In this document: positions 48,844 through 57,819 of the stretch, piece after piece | How positions within the stretch are numbered: position 1 is the stretch's first letter | Layout: each line of letters begins with the position of its first letter | Assembly: GCA_965248575.1 (NCBI GenBank) | Contig: CBDFJQ010000002.1 | Span: 3,264,001 to 3,328,000, forward strand | Direction of reading: 5' to 3' | Source: Planctomycetota bacterium | Lineage (GTDB): Bacteria > Planctomycetota > B15-G4 | Length of the DNA stretch: 64,000 nucleotides | Made by a program: the position numbers and the translations under genes | The notes under the pieces: model-generated | The model's input: the letters and a program-made list of their open reading frames with translations, nothing else | Told to the model about the DNA's origin: nothing | The model's database searches: none

Positions 48844-50081
48844 GATTCCTCTCGCTCGCCACCTTTGCTCACCCGGAATACTTTGGGGGCGCTGAGCGCG
48901 TCGTGTCCGTCGTGGCGACAGGCCTCGCTGCCCGAGGCCACGATGTCACGCTGCTCACGGGGCACGGCGAGAACACGCCCGACGACGAGCTGCGCGACGG
49001 GGTGCGGGTCCTGCGCTACCCCTTCCAGTCCGGAAGCCCGCCCAGCTTCTACCGCTCGGTGTGGACCGGGGTTCGCAAGGCCCTGGCCCAGGGCGCGGGG
49101 CGCGATGCCCAGGTGTTGCACCTGCATCAGCCGCTCTCGGCTCTGGCGGCGATCTCGCCAGGAAGCCCCTGCAAACTGCCTCGCCTGTACAGTTTCTACG
49201 CGCCGTATCACCTCGAGTACCTCGCCCGCTACAGACAGGGCAGGGACAGCGGAAACGCTCCCTGGCCCCAGCGCGCGGTCGGCGGGATCTTCCGCAAAGC
49301 TGACCGTTATCTGCTCACTCGCAGCGAGGAAGTCGTGGCCCTCTCGGCATTTTCCCGGGAACAGATTGCCAGCTTGGCGCCTGAGGTGGCGGCACGCACG
49401 ACCATCGCGCCGGCGGGCGTGGACCTCGCACGCTTCTCGCCGGCCTCGGACGACGCACACCAACGAGCCTGCCAGCAGAAGCTCGGACTGAGCTCGAGTG
49501 CCGGCTCGGCGCCGGGCGGCGCCGAGCCCCCTTGGCTGCTGACGGTTCGGCGCCTCGTCCCGCGCATGGGTATCGAGGATCTGCTCGAAGCCTGCGCCCG
49601 GCTCCAGGGCCGAGGCCTGCCCTTCCGCCTGGCCATCGCCGGGGACGGTCACCATCGCCCCGCCTTGGAGACCCAGTGCGCCGCGTTGGGCTTGGGAGAC
49701 CGGGTGCGATTCCTGGGCCGCGTGCCGGACGAAGACCTGGCCGACCTCTACCGCGCCGCCGACATCTTCGTCTTGCCGACTCGATCTCTCGAAGGCTTCG
49801 GCATGGTCACCGCGGAAGCCCTCGCCTCCGGCTTGGCCGTGGTAGGTACCGATGCGGGAGCAACGGGTGAACTCTTGTCCCGGGCTCCTGGAGCGCAACT
49901 CGTGCCTGCCCTGTCGCCGGAGCACATGGCGAAGGCGCTGGAGCACTTGCTCACGAGCGAAGACCTGCGGCGCAGCGCGAGGCGCTCGGCCCGTGCCCAT
50001 GCCGAGCAGCACCTCAGCTGGGAGGGTCACCTGGATGCCCTGGAGCAGGCGTCCGAACGGCTGTTGAGGAATGCACGATGA
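48840..50081 (+). CDS. Glycosyltransferase family 4
   Basis: GGAER, GVD, VRRLVPRMG, EGFGMVTAEALASG. Confidence 0.93.
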   Translation: MRFLSLATFAHPEYFGGAERVVSVVATGLAARGHDVTLLTGHGENTPDDELRDGVRVLRYPFQSGSPPSFYRSVWTGVRKALAQGAGRDAQVLHLHQPLSALAAISPGSPCKLPRLYSFYAPYHLEYLARYRQGRDSGNAPWPQRAVGGIFRKADRYLLTRSEEVVALSAFSREQIASLAPEVAARTTIAPAGVDLARFSPASDDAHQRACQQKLGLSSSAGSAPGGAEPPWLLTVRRLVPRMGIEDLLEACARLQGRGLPFRLAIAGDGHHRPALETQCAALGLGDRVRFLGRVPDEDLADLYRAADIFVLPTRSLEGFGMVTAEALASGLAVVGTDAGATGELLSRAPGAQLVPALSPEHMAKALEHLLTSEDLRRSARRSARAHAEQHLSWEGHLDALEQASERLLRNAR

Positions 50082-51217
50082 AGGTCGTCGCACTCAGCCG
50101 CACCACGACCCTGGGGCCTTCGACGCGCTACCGCATCGAGCAGTACCGGGCCTCGCTCCAAGCTGCCGGTATCGAGCTCGAGCTGAGGCCCCTGTTCGGC
50201 GCCGGCTGGTTCCGCATCCTGGAGCGCCCGCCAGGCCCCGGCCGCACCCTGCTCAAGGCGCTCTACAGCCTGGGCCGGCTCGCCGCCCGCTTGAACCAGG
50301 TCTGGAGTTTGCGCCGCGCCAGCCCGGATCTCGTCCTGGTGGAACAGCAGCTCTTCCCCTACCTACCCACCTGGATGGAGCGGCTGCTGTGGCCCAAGCT
50401 CGCACCCACCGTGCTCGAGTTTGACGACGCGATCTACCTCACGTCGGGACACCGAACCAAGCTGCAGGCACTCTGCGCCCAGGCCGACCTCGTCATCGTG
50501 GGCAATCGTTTCCTGGCGGACTTCGCGCGCCCCCATGCCCAGCAGCTCGCCGTCATCCCCACCACGGTCGACCTCTCGCGCTACTCCGGTGCCCGGGACA
50601 TCCAGCGGGAGCGGCGCCGGACGGCTGGCAAGACCCTGCGCGTGGCCTGGATCGGCCTCCGTTACAACTTCCCCTTCCTGGAGATGCTGGCAGCCCCCAT
50701 GGCCCGCCTGGCCCAGGAGGGCTGGGATCTGGAGCTGCGCATCATCAGCAGCGCCGCCCCCGTCGGCGGGCCAGCCTGGGGGGCCGTGCGTCTCGTCCAT
50801 CGGCCCTGGTCCGAAGAGACCGAGGCCGATGAGCTCGGAGCCTGTGACGTGGGCGTCATGCCGCTGCCCGATTCCGAGTGGGCCCGGGGCAAGTGCGGTC
50901 TGAAGGTCCTGCAGTGCCTGGCGGCGGGCGTCCCCGTCGTTTGCAGCCCCGTGGGGGTCAACGGGGACATCGTCTCTCCGGGTCAGAATGGCTTCCTGGC
51001 TGCCGACGAGGACGGCTGGTACGAGGCCCTGCGAGCCCTCGCAGAGAACCCCGAGCTGCGCCAGCGCCTCGGAGAGGCTGGGTTGAACACCGTCCGCCTG
51101 ACCTACGACCTCCCGAAAGGGGCGGAAAAACTCATGGAAGCGTATGGTTTGGCCGCTTCGAGTGCCGAGGAAGACAGCGGCCCCATGTCCGAGACCGCCG
51201 CCGACCCACGACGATGA
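50078..51217 (+). CDS. Glycosyltransferase family 4
   Basis: STRYR, FDDAIY, IPTTVD, GKCGLK..QCLAAGVPVVCSPVG. Confidence 0.9.
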   Translation: MKVVALSRTTTLGPSTRYRIEQYRASLQAAGIELELRPLFGAGWFRILERPPGPGRTLLKALYSLGRLAARLNQVWSLRRASPDLVLVEQQLFPYLPTWMERLLWPKLAPTVLEFDDAIYLTSGHRTKLQALCAQADLVIVGNRFLADFARPHAQQLAVIPTTVDLSRYSGARDIQRERRRTAGKTLRVAWIGLRYNFPFLEMLAAPMARLAQEGWDLELRIISSAAPVGGPAWGAVRLVHRPWSEETEADELGACDVGVMPLPDSEWARGKCGLKVLQCLAAGVPVVCSPVGVNGDIVSPGQNGFLAADEDGWYEALRALAENPELRQRLGEAGLNTVRLTYDLPKGAEKLMEAYGLAASSAEEDSGPMSETAADPRR

Positions 51218-52299
51218 CCTCTGAGCTGCTGACCGACCCCGTCTGGTACGCGCTGGCGTTCCTCACGTCACTGGGCCTCGCCCTCTACGTGACGCCTCTG
51301 ACGATCCGTGTCGCCAAGACGTTCAAGATCCAGGACACGCCCGACGGTCGGCTGAAGAAGCACACTGAGCCCACGCCCTATCTCGGGGGTTTGGCCATCG
51401 CGGCGGCCTTCATGATGGCCTTCGGCCTGTTCTCCGCCACCGCAACCACGACCCACCAGGCCACGGGCATCCTCGTCGGCGGTCTGATGGTGCTTCTGCT
51501 GGGGCTCTACGACGACCTCACCAACCTCAGCCCCTCCGTCAAGTTCATGGGCCAGCTGCTCGCGGCGGTCGTCATCTACAAGGCGGGCGTGAAGGTTGAC
51601 TTTGTCGGCAATGAGTGGGCGAAGATGGGCATCACGGTGTTGTGGGTGACCGGCGTTGCGAACGCCTTCAACATCATCGATGTCATGGACGGCCTGGCAG
51701 CGGGCACGGCGCTGATCGCCTCGCTGTTCCTGTTCGCGCTCTCGGCCTCGGCGACCTACATCTACGGCGAGCCCCGCATGGTGCCCTTCATGGCCATCAC
51801 GCTGGCCGGCGCGCTGCTCGGGTACCTGCGCTTCAACTATCACCCCGCGCGCATCTTCCTGGGCGACACAGGCAGCCTGTTCATCGGCTTCATGTTGGGC
51901 TCCTTGTCGATGGTCGCTTCCTACAGCGCGAACAACCGACTGGCCGTGGTGACACCCGTCGTGTTGCTGGCCATCCCGCTGTTCGACACGGTCTTCGTTG
52001 CCATTCACCGGGCACGCAAGGGCATCCCGTTCTTCCGGGGCTCGCCCGACCACTTCGCCTTGCGCCTAAGAAACGCCGGCCACTCGGTGCCCGCCATTGC
52101 TCGCAAGAGCTACGGAGTGGCCGTCCTGCTCGGTGTGATCGCCGTGGGCCTGGTCTACGCCGAGTCCTTCGCCGTGCCTTGGTTGCTCGGTTTCTTCAGC
52201 ACGGCTGTGGTGGCCGCAGCGCTCGTCTTCTCGCGCATGCCACCGCCTGGCGAACGGCCACTGACCGAGTCTTCGACACCGGGGGACACCCCATCATGA
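51214..52299 (+). CDS. Undecaprenyl-phosphate sugar-1-phosphate transferase (WecA/TagO, MraY family)
   Basis: KKH..PTPYLGG, GLYDD, NAFNIIDVMDGL, IFLGDTGS; start ATG 51214. Confidence 0.92.
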   Translation: MTSELLTDPVWYALAFLTSLGLALYVTPLTIRVAKTFKIQDTPDGRLKKHTEPTPYLGGLAIAAAFMMAFGLFSATATTTHQATGILVGGLMVLLLGLYDDLTNLSPSVKFMGQLLAAVVIYKAGVKVDFVGNEWAKMGITVLWVTGVANAFNIIDVMDGLAAGTALIASLFLFALSASATYIYGEPRMVPFMAITLAGALLGYLRFNYHPARIFLGDTGSLFIGFMLGSLSMVASYSANNRLAVVTPVVLLAIPLFDTVFVAIHRARKGIPFFRGSPDHFALRLRNAGHSVPAIARKSYGVAVLLGVIAVGLVYAESFAVPWLLGFFSTAVVAAALVFSRMPPPGERPLTESSTPGDTPS

Positions 52300-53612
52300 G
52301 TGCTCTCGGCTCCCACGCTTCGGCCACCGGATTCGACGAGCCCAGTTGGCTCAACAGCATCGACAACGTCGAAGCGTGCACCCCGGTCCAGGCTGCTGAG
52401 TTCTTGAACGGCGTGGAGCAAGAGGACTTCGGTCTGTTCGTCCTGGCGCACGGCGCCGGCATGCGCTTGGGCGAAGTTGCCCAGACCCTGAAGCTCGACC
52501 CGGCGCTGGTGGTTTGGCGCATGCGACGCGCGCTGCACCGGGCGAAGGAGGAGCAACCCGAGCTTAGCCAGGCGGGCCTAGAGCTGGCCATCACCGACCT
52601 CCTGAGGAAACCTTCAGAGGGCTACGAAGTGCCGCCGCCCAGCCAGGGTGCAAACACGGGGGCCAACACGTGGGCCCTCGAGAGCTTGGTGGACAACCTG
52701 GACGAGGGGGTCCAACAACGACTCAAAGCCCGGCTGGAAGAGCCGCCGGATCACACGCGTTCGGGTATCGGCGTGGGCGTGGTCGCCCTGGTCCTCCTGG
52801 CTGCGGCGGGCTTCATGGTGTTCGGTGCCATCCGTGACGTGAACCCGCTCTGGCGTGGCAAGGATCTGATGCAGGCAGGCCGCTTCTCCGAGGCTCAGAC
52901 CGCCTTCGCCAAGTACTGGGATGTGGTGTCTGCCAAGGAACAGATCGCTCTCTGCGAACTGGCTCTGGGCGACTTCGACGGAGCGCTCGAAGCGATGGCC
53001 CACCCAGGTGTCTCCGAGAAGTTCGGTGGCTTCGCCCCCTCCATGGAGGACATCGAACCGCTCGACTTCGACGACGAGAGCCGGGCACTGCTGCCGCGGG
53101 GTATCGTGCGCAACAACCGACCGACCTTCGTGTACCGGGCGGGGCCTGCCGGTCGCCTGCACCTGCGCATGGGTTGGAACGAAGAGCAAGTCGATCACCT
53201 CATCGAAATCCCGGACAGCCGCGGCGGCACGGGCATCGTGACCATGCCCTATCCCCGCGCCTGGCCTTCCCTCCCAGAAGACCCGGTGGTGTGGTCCCTG
53301 GTGCCCTGGGTACCCGGCCCAGAAGGAACCCGCACGACCGGCCCGGTGAGCCAGGCGGACTTTCAGGTGCTGGGCAAGGAGCGCACCCAGGAGTTCAAGA
53401 GCGATGCCCGGCGGTTCCTGACCCGCAGCGTGCCCGCCAAGGCCCACCCGTTCTTCCTGGGCAACTATCTCATGCGCAAGGGGCTCTACGCCGACGCCGG
53501 CGGCCAGTTCGCGCTGCTCGCCCGCAGCTTCCCGGGGGCGGAGTACCCGCGCGCCATGATCCGCAAGATCGCAGCGGTTCTAGGGGTCGACCCCACCGCC
53601 TTCCTCAGCTAG
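52296..53612 (+). CDS. Membrane protein: sigma-70 region-4-like HTH, one TM helix, periplasmic TPR-like domain
   Basis: FVLAHGAGMRLGEVAQTLKL..VVWRMRRAL; TM IGVGVVALVLLAAAGFMVF; TPR-like segments; ATGA overlap with wecA-like gene. Confidence 0.6.
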   Translation: MSALGSHASATGFDEPSWLNSIDNVEACTPVQAAEFLNGVEQEDFGLFVLAHGAGMRLGEVAQTLKLDPALVVWRMRRALHRAKEEQPELSQAGLELAITDLLRKPSEGYEVPPPSQGANTGANTWALESLVDNLDEGVQQRLKARLEEPPDHTRSGIGVGVVALVLLAAAGFMVFGAIRDVNPLWRGKDLMQAGRFSEAQTAFAKYWDVVSAKEQIALCELALGDFDGALEAMAHPGVSEKFGGFAPSMEDIEPLDFDDESRALLPRGIVRNNRPTFVYRAGPAGRLHLRMGWNEEQVDHLIEIPDSRGGTGIVTMPYPRAWPSLPEDPVVWSLVPWVPGPEGTRTTGPVSQADFQVLGKERTQEFKSDARRFLTRSVPAKAHPFFLGNYLMRKGLYADAGGQFALLARSFPGAEYPRAMIRKIAAVLGVDPTAFLS

Positions 53613-53625
53613 CCTCGCGCACCTT

Positions 53626-55011
53626 ATGGTCGTCATCTTGGGTGCCGGGCTCGCCGGCTTGTCCGCCGCCTCTCACCTGGCCGGTCGGGACATGGTCCTC
53701 CTTGAGCGTGAGGAGGAGGTCGGCGGTCTCTGCCGCTCGCAGCGCCAGAACGGCTTTACGTTCGATTTCACTGGCCACTTGCTGCACCTGCGAGATCCGA
53801 GTATCCGCGACTGGGTGCTGCAGCTCCTGCCCGATGGGTACAGGCACCTGGACCGCAGCGCCTGGATCCATTCGTCGGATGTCCTCACGCCCTACCCCTT
53901 CCAAGCCAACACGGCGGGCCTGCCGCTGGACGTGCGCTTGGAGTGCTTGCTGGGCTTCATCGAAGCCATGGCGGTCCCGGCGGATCAGCGGGGCAGCGTC
54001 CCGCCAGCAACACCCATCTTCGACGGCTTGCCCTTCCTGGCCGTGAGCCCGCCACCGTCGGCGAATGAACCGAGCTTTCTCGACTGGATCCACGGCACCT
54101 TCGGCAGCGGCTTCGCGAAGCACTTCTTCGTGCCCTACAACGAGAAGCTGTGGCGTCGGCCTCTGTCCGAAGTGACGGGCGATTGGGTCAGCTGGTCGAT
54201 CCCTCGCCCGGATCTTTCCGACGTCTTGCGAGGGGCGTTGACGGAGTCGGACAAGGTCTACGGCTACAACCCGCAGTTCCTGTATCCGGCCGAGGGCGGC
54301 ATCGATCACCTGCCCCGCTCCATCGCCGCGGGCATCCCCGACAGCGTCAAGCGTCTTCAGTGCGCAGTGGTGGAATTGGAAGCCGCCACGGGCCGCGTCA
54401 CCCTCGACAATGGGGAGACCCTCCAGGGCGAGCACGTGCTGAGCAGCCTACCGCTCACCACCCTCGCGCGGATGACGACGGACCTGCCCGACGCCCTGCG
54501 GCAAGCTGTGAATGACTTGGACCACGTGTCCATCCGGGCCGTCAACCTGGGTGTGCGGGGCGAGCCCGTCCACGCGGATGCGCAGTGGGTGTACTTCCCT
54601 GAGCCCGATATTCCCTTCCATAGGGTCGGCCTGCCCACCGCCCTGACACCGGCCATGGCGCCGTCCGGCCACCACTCGCTCGTGGCCGAGATCTCCTTCC
54701 GACCCGACCAGGACCCCGGCGCCCGGGCCTCGCTCGATCAGAGCATCTCCGCCCTGCAACGCAGCGGGTTCTTGAAGAGCCCCGACGACATCGTCGAATC
54801 GACCGTCGTCGACATTCCGTTGGCCTATGTCGTCTTTGACCGTCGCCGGCGCGAGATCCTGCCCGAACTCAGCCGCTGGTATGTGGAGCGGGGCGTCGTG
54901 CCCATGGGCCGCTACGGCACCTGGGACTACCTGGCGATGGAAGACAGCCTGCGCCACGGTCGCGAGGTGGCGGCCTGGATCAAGACCAAGACCAACGGCG
55001 AGCGGGCGTGA
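53626..55011 (+). CDS. FAD-dependent oxidoreductase / UDP-galactopyranose mutase-like paralog
   Basis: GAGLAG, GGLCRS, FDFTGHLLH, FFVPYNEKLW, FLYP..GG, GRYGTWDY. Confidence 0.75.
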   Translation: MVVILGAGLAGLSAASHLAGRDMVLLEREEEVGGLCRSQRQNGFTFDFTGHLLHLRDPSIRDWVLQLLPDGYRHLDRSAWIHSSDVLTPYPFQANTAGLPLDVRLECLLGFIEAMAVPADQRGSVPPATPIFDGLPFLAVSPPPSANEPSFLDWIHGTFGSGFAKHFFVPYNEKLWRRPLSEVTGDWVSWSIPRPDLSDVLRGALTESDKVYGYNPQFLYPAEGGIDHLPRSIAAGIPDSVKRLQCAVVELEAATGRVTLDNGETLQGEHVLSSLPLTTLARMTTDLPDALRQAVNDLDHVSIRAVNLGVRGEPVHADAQWVYFPEPDIPFHRVGLPTALTPAMAPSGHHSLVAEISFRPDQDPGARASLDQSISALQRSGFLKSPDDIVESTVVDIPLAYVVFDRRRREILPELSRWYVERGVVPMGRYGTWDYLAMEDSLRHGREVAAWIKTKTNGERA

Positions 55012-56165
55012 CCCCCGTGCCCACGCCCGTCTTCCACATCATCACGATGCTGGAGCTGGGTGGGGCGCAACAGAACACCCTGCACACCGTCGCCTCGCTG
55101 AATCGGGATGAATTTGCGCCGCAGCTCATCTGTGGCCCCGGCGGCATGCTGGATGCGGAGGCCCGGGCGCTGGACCTGCCGGTGCATTTCGTGCCGGAGC
55201 TCGTGCGGCCGATCCACCCCCCGAAGGATCTGACCGCGACCCGCACCATCGCCCGCCTGCTGCGGCCCTCGACCAAGTCGCAGCCTGTTGTCGTCCACAC
55301 CCACTCGAGCAAGGCAGGCATCGTCGGGCGCACGGCGGCGCGCTTGGCCGGCGCGTCACCCGTGGTCCATTCCATTCATGGCTTCGGTCACGGAGCCATC
55401 CGTGCTGGTTGGAAACGACGCCTCGTGCTCGGCACGGAACGTCGCATGGCGCGCTGGACGGACGCGTTCATCTCGGTCAGCGAGAAAGGCTTCCAGGAGG
55501 GTGACGAGCTGGGGCTGCTCGGTTCGGTACCGCGCCACGTGATCCGCAGTGGTGTCGACTTGCGGGACTTCCGACGGGCCGACGAACTGCGCGCCCAAGC
55601 ACGCCGCTCTCTAGAGATCCCCGAAGACGCTCCCGTCGTCGGCATGGTGGCGTGCCTCAAACCGCAGAAGGCCCCGCTCGACTTCATTCAAGTGGCGTCC
55701 CAGGTCCTGGCCGAGAATCCGACAGCCCACTTCTTCATCGCCGGTGATGGCGAACTCAGGCAGGAAGTGGAGGCACGGGTGCGTGAACTCGGCCTTGAAG
55801 CGCGGCTGCGGTTGCTGGGCTGGCGCAGGGACATCCCCGAACTCATGGGCGCCCTCGACGTGCTGGTGTTGACGTCCCGCTGGGAAGGTCTGCCTCGAGT
55901 CTGCCCGCAAGCGATGGCCGCGGGTCGGGCTGTGGTTGCCACCCGGGTCGACGGGATTCCGGAGGCCATCGTGGATGGCCGCAACGGCTTCCTCGTGGAG
56001 CCCGGCGACATTGCCGCGTCTGCAGCTCGCATCCTGCAGTTGCTGGGCGATGAACCGCTTCGGAAGGCCTTCGGCCTGGCCGGACAAGACCACGTTCAAG
56101 AGTTCGACCAGGACCACATGGTGGCTGCCCAGGAGCAGCTCTACCGCCAGCTCCTGGGTACCTGA
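55008..56165 (+). CDS. Glycosyltransferase family 4
   Basis: GGAQ, HTHSSKAG, KPQKAP, SRWEGLP..QAMAAG. Confidence 0.93.
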   Translation: MTPVPTPVFHIITMLELGGAQQNTLHTVASLNRDEFAPQLICGPGGMLDAEARALDLPVHFVPELVRPIHPPKDLTATRTIARLLRPSTKSQPVVVHTHSSKAGIVGRTAARLAGASPVVHSIHGFGHGAIRAGWKRRLVLGTERRMARWTDAFISVSEKGFQEGDELGLLGSVPRHVIRSGVDLRDFRRADELRAQARRSLEIPEDAPVVGMVACLKPQKAPLDFIQVASQVLAENPTAHFFIAGDGELRQEVEARVRELGLEARLRLLGWRRDIPELMGALDVLVLTSRWEGLPRVCPQAMAAGRAVVATRVDGIPEAIVDGRNGFLVEPGDIAASAARILQLLGDEPLRKAFGLAGQDHVQEFDQDHMVAAQEQLYRQLLGT

Positions 56166-56330
56166 GGGAGCAGCAGGGCGCCCCGATTGTGGGCCCCTTC
56201 ATCATGCTCTGGGAAGCCCGCCAGGTGGGAACCTCAGGGCAGAGCTGTTTCGAAAACAGCCATCCAATGGGTCTTTATCGCCCATATTCGAACACATCAT
56301 GAAATCCCTATGGCTTTCTGAACACCTGGT

Positions 56331-56359
56331 TTGCTTTTGCGACGCAGTCTCAGTAATCT
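56331..56359 (+). promoter_or_regulatory. Sigma70-type promoter (TTGCTT-N17-TAATCT) with Fur-box-like palindrome in the spacer
   Basis: TGCGAC-GCA-GTCTCA (TGAGAC-N3-GTCTCA with 1 mismatch) in an AT-rich intergenic region. Confidence 0.6.
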
Positions 56360-56429
56360 CTTGACCTCGTGATTCGGAGAGGCTCTCTCCGCCCCCATTC
56401 GTTCGCTCCCCAATCATCTTCGATTCGAC

Positions 56430-57800
56430 ATGCCTTTCCGCTTCTTGCTCGTCTGCTTTCTCGCCTCCTTCGCCCTCTTGAGCAACACGGCGGCTCACGC
56501 CCAACAGACGCCAGCAAGCAACCCGGACGACCGCATCGCCGAACTCGAAGCCCAGGTGGGAACCCTGGGCTCGGCCTACGAAGAGCTGCTCGCGCTCTAC
56601 AAGCAGATGCAGGCCCAGATGAACCAGTCGCCGAGCGGCGACGGCCTGGACGAATTCTACATCCCACGTCAGGCAGCCCAACACGAGAGCGCCGGTCGCA
56701 CCGGCAACCTGGGCAACGTCTACAGCAAGCCCTTCCTCAGCCAGCTCGGCGACAACACCTACATCGGCGGTTACATCGACCTCGAGTTCTCGGACCCCAG
56801 CAGCGGAGCGAGCAACGAGTTCGACCAACACCGCCTGGTCCCGCTGATCTACTCCGACATCTCCGACAACATCAAGATGGCGGCCGAGATCGAGATCGAA
56901 CATGGCCACGAGCTGGAAGTCGAGTTCGCACAACTCGACTTCCTCTTCAGCGAGCACGCCAATGTGCGTGCCGGCATCCAGCTGCTGCCCTTGGGCAAGC
57001 TCAATGAGGTGCACGACTCGCCCATCCAGGACCTGACCTTCCGGCCGCTCGTCAACACATACGTCATCCCCAGCACCCTGCGGGATGCTGGCATCGGCGT
57101 CTGGGGCAACATCACCCAGAACCTCAGCTACCAGACGACCGTCACCAACGGATTCGCGGGCCTCGCTGCGGACGGCACCAACGTCATCACGTCCACCAAG
57201 GGCCTGAAGGACGCTCGGCCCAACAAGGACAAGGTTGGCGGCTCCTTCGAGAACATCGACAACAACCTGGCCTACACGGGCCGGCTGGCGTGGACCCCGG
57301 TGCTGGGCGTGGAAGCCGGTGTTTCAGGACTGGTCGACACCTACGACGAGCATGCCGACAACCACCTGAAGATCTGGGCCCTGGACGCCACCGTTCACGG
57401 CCAGGCCGTGCCCTTCCTGCCTGACAACATGGAGCTGCTCTACGAGGGCGCGTGGGTCGACATCGAACGCGATGCCTTTGCCCGCGCCAGCGGCGTGGCG
57501 GGCGACATGACTGGCCACTACGTCCAGTCGAACGTGCACTTCACCCCGGACTTCCTCGAGGACTGCATCGCGGAAGGCGGCATCGCAGAAGACGGCGCCC
57601 ACTTCACCTTCGTCACCCGCTACGGAATGGTCGACCTCGACGACTACGTCATGCGCCGCACCACCCTCGGCCTGAACTTCCGGCCGAACGAAAGCAACTC
57701 CGTCATCAAGCTCGACTACCTGATGAACGACGACCACGGGTCGGCCAAGGGCACCAACGATGCGAACGTCTGGGCCCTCTCGTTTGCCTCATACTTCTGA
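56430..57800 (+). CDS. Outer-membrane porin (OprO/P-like beta-barrel) with N-terminal coiled coil
   Basis: Signal peptide; IGGY, HRLV, EIEIEH..EVEFAQLD; alternating beta strands; C-terminal SFASYF. Confidence 0.8.
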   Translation: MPFRFLLVCFLASFALLSNTAAHAQQTPASNPDDRIAELEAQVGTLGSAYEELLALYKQMQAQMNQSPSGDGLDEFYIPRQAAQHESAGRTGNLGNVYSKPFLSQLGDNTYIGGYIDLEFSDPSSGASNEFDQHRLVPLIYSDISDNIKMAAEIEIEHGHELEVEFAQLDFLFSEHANVRAGIQLLPLGKLNEVHDSPIQDLTFRPLVNTYVIPSTLRDAGIGVWGNITQNLSYQTTVTNGFAGLAADGTNVITSTKGLKDARPNKDKVGGSFENIDNNLAYTGRLAWTPVLGVEAGVSGLVDTYDEHADNHLKIWALDATVHGQAVPFLPDNMELLYEGAWVDIERDAFARASGVAGDMTGHYVQSNVHFTPDFLEDCIAEGGIAEDGAHFTFVTRYGMVDLDDYVMRRTTLGLNFRPNESNSVIKLDYLMNDDHGSAKGTNDANVWALSFASYF

Positions 57801-57819
57801 TCGTCCGAAAGCGACTCGC

